NCBI GenBank assembly: GCA_028700905.1
Contig: JAQVRT010000050.1
Location: forward strand, 1 to 5,025
Source: Candidatus Iainarchaeum sp.
GTDB taxonomy: Archaea > Iainarchaeota > Iainarchaeia > Iainarchaeales > CSSED10-239
Direction: 5' to 3'
Length of the DNA stretch: 5,025 bases
Shown here: positions 1 to 5,025 of the stretch, piece after piece
Position numbering within the stretch: the first letter of the stretch is position 1
Layout: every line of letters begins with the position of its first letter
The notes under the pieces: generated by a model
Told to the model about the DNA's origin: nothing
Seen by the model: the letters and a program-made list of their open reading frames with translations, nothing else
Databases searched by the model: none
Made by a program: the position numbers and the translations under genes

Positions 1-496
1 AAAACTCTCTAAAAGTATAATCAAGCCTATCTGCACAAAGGTCAGGTGCATCTCTTTCAAGTAAAGGATAGTTTTTAAAATCAGAAATTTCTTCTAAACT
101 GATTTTGTATTTTTTAAATATTTTAATAATTTCTTTATCTTTTTTTAAAAAATCATAAAAAATATTGTCTCCATGCGCTTCTTCTTGATTCTCTAGAAGA
201 TAATCATAAAGATGAGAAAAAGCCATGTGAGAGGCATCATGCAAAAGACCAGCTATCTTTTCTTTTAATGGAGCATTTAATTTTTCTAAAAGAAGTAAAA
301 CACCCACACTATGTTCATATCTTGAAAACTCAATACCATAATGCCATTCTTTAGGTAAACCTTGCTGTCTAATCTCTTTTAATCTTAAAATTACTTTTGA
401 CTTTAAAAGAGCTATTAGTACAGATTCATTTATTTTAAAAGAACCATAGACAGGATCTTTAATAATAACATAATTTTTATAAAAAATAAGTTTCAT
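1..496 (-). CDS. HD-domain metal-dependent phosphohydrolase (COG1078-like), N-terminal 165 aa only; the 3' end of the gene runs off the left edge of the window
   Basis: Absent from the supplied ORF track because it is open at the window edge. Hand translation of the minus strand from the ATG at 496..494 is stop-free down to position 2: MKLIFYKNYVIIKDPVYGSFKINESVLIALLKSKVILRLKEIRQQGLPKEWHYGIEFSRYEHSVGVLLLLEKLNAPLKEKIAGLLHDASHMAFSHLYDYLLENQEEAHGDNIFYDFLKKDKEIIKIFKKYKISLEEISDFKNYPLLERDAPDLCADRLDYTFREF. It carries the H...HD...D signature in family-typical contexts (SRYEHSxGV, LLHDxxHxxFSH, DRLDY). Confidence 0.8.
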   Translation of the reverse strand, partial: MKLIFYKNYVIIKDPVYGSFKINESVLIALLKSKVILRLKEIRQQGLPKEWHYGIEFSRYEHSVGVLLLLEKLNAPLKEKIAGLLHDASHMAFSHLYDYLLENQEEAHGDNIFYDFLKKDKEIIKIFKKYKISLEEISDFKNYPLLERDAPDLCADRLDYTFREF

Positions 497-525
497 ATAA
501 TAGATATTATACTTTAAAAAGATTT

Positions 526-555
526 AAAAAAAGAAGTATTTTTATTTTAAAAAAA
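526..555 (-). terminator. Oligo-T tracts (read on the minus strand) directly downstream of the permease stop codon; candidate archaeal-style intrinsic termination zone
   Basis: A7 run at 549..555 abuts the TAA stop (556..558 on the minus strand) and a second A7 run lies at 526..532, giving T7 tracts on the transcribed strand. Such tracts are common by chance in DNA this AT-rich. Confidence 0.25.
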
Positions 556-1302
556 TTATACTTCCATTCTTGAAAATAATTTACTTGCAATTACAACTGA
601 AAAAGACATTAAAATAATTAATATAATAATACTAATAACTACTGAAAAAGAATTAATTCCAATTAGAAAATACCTAATTAAATCAACAGCATAAGTTAAT
701 GGGTTTAAAGAAGTAATTATTGAAATTGCTTTTGGAAGATTCTCTAAAGGAAATAAAGCCCCTGATAAAAAAAATAAAGGCATTACTAAAAGATTCATCA
801 GTAATTGAAAACCTTGCATATCTGTTAGTTTAGAAGCTATTGCAGTTCCAATTGCTGTGAAAAGAATAGCTGTAATTAACATTGCAAGAATAGATAATAA
901 AGCAAACCAAATATTATATATTTTAAACCCAAATAATAAAGAAATTAAAAGAATAATAATTCCTTGCATAACAGCAATTGTAGCTCCACCTAATACCTTT
1001 CCAATCATTATTTTAAGTCTTGAAACAGGAGCAACTAATGTTTCTTTTAAAAAACCAAATTGCTTATCCCATATAAGTTCAATTCCAGAAAATATTGATG
1101 AAAATAAAACACTCATGGATATTATTCCAGGAACTAAAAATTGAAGATAACTTCCTTGACCTGCTTGTTCAAAAACAGGACCAAAACCAAAACCAAAAGC
1201 AACTAAAAAAAGTAAAGGTTGTGCAAATGAACCTATTACTCTAGATTTATTTCTATAAAATCTTTTCAATTGTCTTTGCCATAGAATATATACTGTATTC
1301 AT
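556..1302 (-). CDS. ABC-2 type transporter permease (integral membrane subunit, about 6 TM helices)
   Basis: 248-aa ORF from the track. The N-terminus MNTVYILWQRQLKRFYRNKSRVIGSFAQPLLFLVAFGFGFG is typical of ABC-2/DrrB-NodJ-like permeases, and the rest is strongly hydrophobic with multiple TM-length segments. It starts 14 bp downstream of an ABC ATPase gene on the same strand. Confidence 0.85.
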   Translation of the reverse strand: MNTVYILWQRQLKRFYRNKSRVIGSFAQPLLFLVAFGFGFGPVFEQAGQGSYLQFLVPGIISMSVLFSSIFSGIELIWDKQFGFLKETLVAPVSRLKIMIGKVLGGATIAVMQGIIILLISLLFGFKIYNIWFALLSILAMLITAILFTAIGTAIASKLTDMQGFQLLMNLLVMPLFFLSGALFPLENLPKAISIITSLNPLTYAVDLIRYFLIGINSFSVVISIIILIILMSFSVVIASKLFSRMEV

Positions 1303-1316
1303 AATTAATTCAGATT

Positions 1317-2105
1317 TTATTTTCTAGAGTGAAGTTTTCTTCCAAGTCTCATTCTATCAAGATTACTTGCTTCTTCTTCTCTTATGTTATAACCTGTTAT
1401 CTTAATAAAAGCGTCTTCTAAACTTTTTGTTTTTGTTTTTTTAAGAATGTCTTTAATATTACCGGTTGTAATTATTTTTCCTTTATCAATAATTGAAACT
1501 TTTTTTGCAACTTTTTCAACTTCATCCATATAATGTGTTGTAAAAAAGATTGTAGTTTCTTCAAGTTTATTAATCTTTAAGATATACTCCCATATATGTT
1601 TTCTTGTCTGAGGATCAAGTCCTACTGTTGGTTCGTCTAAAAATAATATTTTTGGAACATGTAAAAGCCCTCTTGCAATTTCAAGTCTTCTTTTCATTCC
1701 TCCAGAAAAAGTTGAAACATAATCGTCTTTCCTTTCATAAAGTTCAACAATATTTAATAATTTTTTTATTCTTTCCTCAATTTCTATTTTAGGAACTTTA
1801 TATAAAACTGCATGTATTTTCATGTTTTCATAAGCAGTTAACTCATCATCTACACTAGGATCTTGAAAAACAATACCAAAAGATTCTCGAACCTTCTTTG
1901 AATCTTTAAAAATATCAAAACCATTTAAAGAAACATTACCAGAAGTTGGTTTTAAAATAGTTGTAAGCATTTTAATAGTAGTTGATTTACCTGCACCATT
2001 TGGTCCTAAAAAAGCAAAGATTTCTCCTCTACTAACTTCAAGAGAAATGTTATCAACAACAGTATTTTTACCATATACTTTTGTAAGATTTTTAATTTTT
2101 ATCAT
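1317..2105 (-). CDS. ABC transporter ATP-binding protein (ABC-2/DrrA-CcmA-like exporter ATPase)
   Basis: 262-aa ORF. Motifs present: Walker A GPNGAGKST (nt 1980..2006), Q-loop region FQD, ABC signature FSGGMKRRL, Walker B ILFLDEPTVGLD and H-loop TTHYMDE. Paired with the downstream permease. Confidence 0.95.
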   Translation of the reverse strand: MIKIKNLTKVYGKNTVVDNISLEVSRGEIFAFLGPNGAGKSTTIKMLTTILKPTSGNVSLNGFDIFKDSKKVRESFGIVFQDPSVDDELTAYENMKIHAVLYKVPKIEIEERIKKLLNIVELYERKDDYVSTFSGGMKRRLEIARGLLHVPKILFLDEPTVGLDPQTRKHIWEYILKINKLEETTIFFTTHYMDEVEKVAKKVSIIDKGKIITTGNIKDILKKTKTKSLEDAFIKITGYNIREEEASNLDRMRLGRKLHSRK

Positions 2106-2156
2106 AAGTAATCATTTTAATTAATAAAATATATATGAAAAAGAATATATTAATAC

Positions 2157-3251
2157 CTATTTAAAAGAATCAATGATTCCTCCACCTAAACAAACCTTTC
2201 CTTTATAGAAAACACAAAATTGACCAATAGTTACAAATTTTTGCATTTTTTTAAAAACAACTCTCAAGGTTTTATTTTTTAAGTTAGGATAAACAATAGC
2301 ATCTTGTTTTTCTTGACCATACCTTATCTTTACTTTTAATTTTATTTCTTTTTCTTTTAGAATATCATTTCCAGAAATAAAACTATAATCAGTAACAATT
2401 ATTTCCTTTGAGAAAAGAGGAGTTTGCTTTTTTGTAACATAGATAATGTTTTTATCCCTATCAAAATCTTTTACAAAATATTTTTCAGGAAAACCTAAAC
2501 CTTTTCTCTGTCCTCTAGTGTAAAACCATAAGCCTTTATGCTGTCCAAGATATCTTCCTTCATCATCATAAATTGGTCCAGGATTTTCTCCTAAGCTTTC
2601 CTTAATAAACTCTGTTAAAGAACTTCTATGTGCAAAACAAAAGTCTTGACTTTGTTTCTTTTTAACAAAAATATCTAAGTTATTTTCTCCAGCAACAAGA
2701 CAAACTTCTTCTTTTGTAAAAGAAGAGACTGGAAACTCTAATCTTTTAATCCAGTCTTGTGGAAGCATGGAAAGCATATATGTCTGATCCTTAAACTTAT
2801 CTTTAGGTTCTATAAGTTGATAAGTTTTAAGTCTTTTGTTATATCTTTTAGATGCAAAATGACCAGTTGCAACTTTCTCAATACCATGTATATTCGCCCA
2901 TTCTATTAAATGTTTTATTTTATGCTCTAGGTTACAATGAATACATGGGTTTGGAACTCTTCCGTTCTTTAATTCTTTTAAAAAATATTTTACAACAGTT
3001 TCTTTAAATTCTTGCTTTACATCATAGATATGGTGCTCTATTCCTAGGTCCTTACAGACTAAAGAAACTAAGTTTAATGAATCAATTGTACAACAAGCAT
3101 TTTCTTTATCAATATTTTTAGGACTATCCCATATAGGTAAAGCTAAAGATACAGCTATAGGTGTATATCCTTGTTTTTTAAGTAAAACAAGGGAAACCAT
3201 AGAGTCAACTCCACCAGAGACTCCAACAACAATTCTTTTATCTTTTTCCAT
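2157..3251 (-). CDS. mnmA: tRNA-specific 2-thiouridylase MnmA (tRNA U34 2-thiolation), CxxC...C variant
   Basis: 364-aa ORF. N-terminal PP-loop VGVSGGVDSMVS. NPCIHCN (Cys103/Cys106, nt 2934..2945) aligns with the catalytic NPDILCN region of E. coli MnmA. SQDFCF (Cys205, nt 2637..2639) matches the second catalytic Cys context. ATGH and DQTY(ML) motifs are present and the length is typical for MnmA. Confidence 0.9.
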   Translation of the reverse strand: MEKDKRIVVGVSGGVDSMVSLVLLKKQGYTPIAVSLALPIWDSPKNIDKENACCTIDSLNLVSLVCKDLGIEHHIYDVKQEFKETVVKYFLKELKNGRVPNPCIHCNLEHKIKHLIEWANIHGIEKVATGHFASKRYNKRLKTYQLIEPKDKFKDQTYMLSMLPQDWIKRLEFPVSSFTKEEVCLVAGENNLDIFVKKKQSQDFCFAHRSSLTEFIKESLGENPGPIYDDEGRYLGQHKGLWFYTRGQRKGLGFPEKYFVKDFDRDKNIIYVTKKQTPLFSKEIIVTDYSFISGNDILKEKEIKLKVKIRYGQEKQDAIVYPNLKNKTLRVVFKKMQKFVTIGQFCVFYKGKVCLGGGIIDSFK

Positions 3252-3272
3252 ATTTAAAAAAACCTTATACCT

Positions 3273-3280
3273 TTAAATAA
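3273..3280. promoter_or_regulatory. TATA-box-like element (TTTAAATA / TATTTAAA) in the divergent mnmA-EncFtn spacer
   Basis: It lies 22-29 nt upstream of the mnmA ATG on the minus strand, consistent with a leaderless transcript. On the plus strand it lies about 52-59 nt upstream of the EncFtn ATG, which would give a roughly 25-30 nt leader containing the SD. A second TATA-like TTATATA sits at 3290..3296. Specificity is low in AT-rich DNA. Confidence 0.3.
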
Positions 3281-3315
3281 ACTTTCATCTTATATACTAT
3301 TATAACAAAATATTT

Positions 3316-3322
3316 GAGGTGA
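3316..3322 (+). promoter_or_regulatory. Shine-Dalgarno ribosome-binding site for the EncFtn-like gene
   Basis: GAGGTGA is complementary to the conserved 16S 3' tail (..UCACCUC..) and sits 9 nt upstream of the ATG at 3332. It is the only strong SD I can see in the window. Confidence 0.6.
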
Positions 3323-3331
3323 AATTAAATT

Positions 3332-3610
3332 ATGACATATGAAGAAACATCAAAACTTTCTGAAAAAACATTAAACCTTAGAAGAGCAATTGATTCTTTA
3401 AGAGAAGAGCTTGAAGCTGTTGACTACTATCAACAAAGAGCAGATGCAACAAATGACCCTGAACTTAAGAAAATCTTAGAGCATAATAGAGATGAAGAAA
3501 AGGAACATGCTGCAATGCTTATTGAGTGGCTTAGAAGAAACGATTCTCGTTTTGAAAAAGAACTTAAAGATTATCTTTTCACAGATAAAGAGATAGGACA
3601 TCACGAATAG
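3332..3610 (+). CDS. Encapsulated-ferritin-like (EncFtn family) ferroxidase; stand-alone and lacking a C-terminal encapsulin-targeting peptide
   Basis: 92-aa ORF. LREELEAVDYYQQRADATNDPELKKILEHNRDEEKEHAAMLIEWLRRNDSRFEKELKDYLFT matches, nearly position for position, the conserved EncFtn core as I recall it from the Rhodospirillum rubrum prototype (EELEAVDWY.QR.DA..DPEL..IL.HNRDEEKEHAAM.LEWLRRND....L..YLFT). The putative ferroxidase residues E26, Y33, E56 and H59 (nt 3407..3508) have the expected spacing. A strong SD precedes the gene and T-tracts follow it. Confidence 0.85.
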   Translation: MTYEETSKLSEKTLNLRRAIDSLREELEAVDYYQQRADATNDPELKKILEHNRDEEKEHAAMLIEWLRRNDSRFEKELKDYLFTDKEIGHHE

Positions 3611-3611
3611 A

Positions 3612-3656
3612 TTTTTTTAAAAAAATCTTTTTCTTTTTTCTTTTTATTTTGTTTTT
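3612..3656 (+). terminator. Oligo-T rich termination zone downstream of the EncFtn-like gene
   Basis: T7 at 3612..3618, then T5 (3628..3632), T6 (3634..3639), T5 (3641..3645), T4 (3647..3650) and T5 (3652..3656) within 45 nt after the TAG. Archaeal RNA polymerase terminates at oligo-T tracts. The region lies between convergent genes. Confidence 0.4.
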
Positions 3657-3693
3657 AAAAAAACTTAATTCTCTTTTTCCCTTAAAACAAAAA
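3657..3693 (-). terminator. Oligo-T tracts (minus strand) immediately downstream of dph2
   Basis: On the minus strand the dph2 stop is followed by TTTTTGTTTT (3684..3693) and, further on, T7 (3657..3663). With the previous feature this forms a bidirectional termination spacer of 83 bp. Confidence 0.3.
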
Positions 3694-4698
3694 CTATTCT
3701 CTTGAATAATAATTTTCAAGTTCCCTTATCTGGTCAACCTTAAATTCTTTTGTCATATCTTCAAGTAAACTTACCTCTTGAGGAGTAATGATTGGTTTTT
3801 TAAAGTTTGCAAAATCATCATATGCTATTCTTGGGCATGCAGTATTAACATAACAATCTATCTTCATACCTAAAATATATTCTTCCTTTACATAATCTGA
3901 TGCAAAGAGATATACTTTTTTTCCTAATTTTTCTAATTTTTCTTGAATATGCCTTGCAAACCTTAATCTAAACTGTCCATGCTTTGAACTTACTAAAATA
4001 CCAAAATTTTTAGAAGTTAAAGCTTTTGCAACTAAACCATATCTCTGTCTTACAAACCTATCGTTTATCTCTAATTTTGTAGTTTCTCTTAAAATAGGAT
4101 TAATAACATAGATATCCCTTTCTTCAAAAACAAAACCTAAGTTGTTTGGATGAAAAACTCCATCTCCTATGTAAATAATAGGGTTTTCTTTATCAATAAT
4201 GGTTGATGAATCACAACCTAAGACCATATGCTTTCTAACATGCATAGTTTCTTTTGAGTCTAAGACTTCTATTCCTGAAGAAATTAATTCTTTTTTAATA
4301 TCTAAAATATCATCTAAAAAATTAGTTGTTGTAACTAAGTTTAGTTTTTTTAAGTTAAGTTTTTTAATTTCTGAAAATATAAATTCTTTTTCTTCTTTTG
4401 AAAACAAATAACCAACAGGTACAAAATAGGTATTTATAAGTGGCTTGTTCATATAGTTATGTCCAAAATGAACTAATGCCTTACATCCAAAGTTAATAGC
4501 TTCTTGGTCTTTGATATCACAAGCACCAAAACAAGGGTCAACAAAAAGAACTGGTTTATAGTCTTTTAGTTCTTCAAGCATTTCAGTTGCATATTGTTTT
4601 AAACCTTCAGGTATCTGTATAGCTAGAGGAGAATCTTTTTCTACAGCTAACTTTTCTTTTAATTTGGTTATTTCTTTTAATATTCTTTCTTCATACAT
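3694..4698 (-). CDS. dph2: 2-(3-amino-3-carboxypropyl)histidine synthase Dph2 (diphthamide biosynthesis step 1, non-canonical radical-SAM [4Fe-4S] enzyme)
   Basis: 334-aa ORF, collinear by eye with archaeal Dph2 (Pyrococcus horikoshii type). Matching segments are IQIPEGL, FGACD (Cys60), ALVHFGHNYM, VLGCDSS (Cys162), IYIGDGVFHP, FGILVSSKHGQ and VNTACPRIAYDD (Cys288). The three Cys correspond to the cluster ligands spread over the three domains of the archaeal enzyme. Confidence 0.9.
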   Translation of the reverse strand: MYEERILKEITKLKEKLAVEKDSPLAIQIPEGLKQYATEMLEELKDYKPVLFVDPCFGACDIKDQEAINFGCKALVHFGHNYMNKPLINTYFVPVGYLFSKEEKEFIFSEIKKLNLKKLNLVTTTNFLDDILDIKKELISSGIEVLDSKETMHVRKHMVLGCDSSTIIDKENPIIYIGDGVFHPNNLGFVFEERDIYVINPILRETTKLEINDRFVRQRYGLVAKALTSKNFGILVSSKHGQFRLRFARHIQEKLEKLGKKVYLFASDYVKEEYILGMKIDCYVNTACPRIAYDDFANFKKPIITPQEVSLLEDMTKEFKVDQIRELENYYSRE

Positions 4699-4874
4699 AT
4701 AATTATCACTTTTTAATATATATTTAAGGGATAAAAATGTTTATAAATATATGATAATTAACTCATATATTCTTATAGTAAGAGAATAGTTTTAAGAAAG
4801 AAATAAATACTAAAATAATCTATATTATATAACACTTATAACAAAAAGATTAAACAAAAAGAAAATGATAAACT
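4699..4874. promoter_or_regulatory. Divergent promoter spacer between dph2 (-) and a membrane-protein gene (+)
   Basis: 176 bp of nearly pure A/T and the longest non-coding stretch in the window. On the minus strand a TATA-like TTAAATATATATT lies at -29..-17 relative to the dph2 ATG. On the plus strand CTTATAACAAAAA (4835..4847) lies about 28-40 nt upstream of the ATG at 4875. It contains no credible ORF and no GC-rich structured segment. Confidence 0.3.
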
Positions 4875-5025
4875 ATGAAATCAATATTAATGATAATAAC
4901 AATAATTTTAGTCTTTTTTGCAATATACTTTTTTGGACTTTATTTTTCAATAAACAAATTATATTTTTATTTTAATATAAAGCCTCTTTTAAACCCATTA
5001 GTGATATCTTTAGTTATCTTTGGTT
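4875..5025 (+). CDS. Hypothetical small-TM membrane protein, N-terminal 50 aa; continues past the right edge of the window
   Basis: Absent from the ORF track because it is open at the edge. Hand translation from the ATG at 4875 gives MKSILMIITIILVFFAIYFFGLYFSINKLYFYFNIKPLLNPLVISLVIFG with no stop. After a basic residue at position 2 (K2) there is a hydrophobic TM-like helix, and a second hydrophobic stretch begins near the edge. No family recognised. Confidence 0.45.
   Translation, partial: MKSILMIITIILVFFAIYFFGLYFSINKLYFYFNIKPLLNPLVISLVIFG

Noticed and set aside
857-1144. 95-aa plus-strand ORF from the track
   Set aside because: It lies entirely antisense within the well-supported ABC-2 permease gene. 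Its product is I/N/K-rich and low in complexity, with no motifs, SD or promoter context. This is a typical shadow ORF in AT-rich DNA.
1604-1792. 62-aa plus-strand ORF from the track
   Set aside because: It is antisense to the Walker B/signature region of the ABC ATPase gene, whose reading frame is confirmed by all the canonical motifs. It has no independent support.
3300-3310. The 11-mer TTATAACAAAA occurs upstream of both plus-strand genes (3300..3310 and 4836..4846), hinting at a shared promoter or operator motif
   Set aside because: Distances to the two ATGs differ (21 nt and 28 nt). My rough estimate for intergenic DNA this A/T-biased is that one such 11-mer coincidence between the spacers in the window is not surprising, with an expectation of a few tenths. 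It needs genome-wide motif enrichment before it means anything.
3332-3610. Slightly higher GC in the EncFtn gene (hand count about 30-37% per 60 nt, against about 15-33% in neighbours) as a possible sign of recent horizontal transfer
   Set aside because: The difference is small. It is explained by the Glu/Ala/Arg-rich conserved protein sequence and is within the range seen in parts of dph2. The gene is too short for a meaningful compositional test by eye.
3609-3628. Perfect 20-bp palindrome AGATTTTTTTAAAAAAATCT overlapping the EncFtn stop codon
   Set aside because: The stem would be almost pure A-U with no loop, so it would not form a stable terminator hairpin. It is most simply a T-run abutting an A-run in a convergent terminator spacer. 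It could be a protein-binding site, but nothing else supports that.
4336-4365. In-frame tandem 15-nt repeat (14/15 identical) inside dph2, encoding KKLNL-KKLNL
   Set aside because: It is short and A/T-rich, in a Lys/Leu/Asn-biased proteome. The corresponding segment of archaeal Dph2 (EIKKLGRKIIVTTT in my recollection of the Pyrococcus enzyme) is of similar length, so this is not a clear insertion. It is probably chance or minor slippage with no functional implication.
4199-4411. 70-aa plus-strand ORF from the track
   Set aside because: It is antisense inside dph2, with Ser/Phe/Lys-rich composition and no recognisable domain or start signals.
4865-4975. Alternative 36-aa ORF (MINYEININDNNNNFSLF...) starting 10 nt upstream of the membrane-protein ATG in another frame
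   Set aside because: The product is Asn-rich and low in complexity. The overlapping frame from 4875 gives a coherent TM-helix protein and stays open to the window edge, so it is the better call.
1-5025. Search for CRISPR repeats, tRNA/rRNA genes, IS elements or terminal inverted repeats, integrase or transposase fragments, toxin-antitoxin pairs and defence genes
   Set aside because: I found no spaced direct repeats and no GC-rich cloverleaf-capable segments; every non-coding stretch is nearly pure A/T. There are no transposase- or integrase-like ORFs in any frame. All sizeable ORFs are explained by the housekeeping genes listed.

Overview
Very AT-rich, tightly packed window. Hand counts on sample stretches give about 15-37% GC, with intergenic regions almost pure A/T. 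It holds seven protein-coding genes, two of them cut by the window edges, and I could find no RNA genes, CRISPR arrays or mobile elements. From left to right the genes are: a partial HD-domain phosphohydrolase (-), an ABC-2 permease (-), its ABC ATPase (-), tRNA 2-thiouridylase MnmA (-), a 92-aa encapsulated-ferritin-like (EncFtn) ferroxidase (+), the diphthamide synthesis radical-SAM enzyme Dph2 (-), and the N-terminus of a small hydrophobic membrane protein (+). Dph2 is an archaeal/eukaryotic marker. Together with the AT-richness, short spacers and mostly Shine-Dalgarno-less starts, it suggests a small-genome archaeon (DPANN-like), but this is inference only. Most of the window is ordinary housekeeping, and I see no convincing multi-gene novel system such as a defence island, toxin-antitoxin pair or mobile element. 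The most interesting item is the EncFtn homologue. It keeps the ferroxidase residues but has no C-terminal encapsulin-targeting peptide and no adjacent encapsulin shell gene. It also sits between two [4Fe-4S]-dependent enzymes: a CxxC...C type MnmA and Dph2. MnmA is a bacterial-type enzyme, so finding it next to an archaeal marker is a secondary curiosity. All functional calls rest on motif recognition by eye and need profile or structure searches to confirm.
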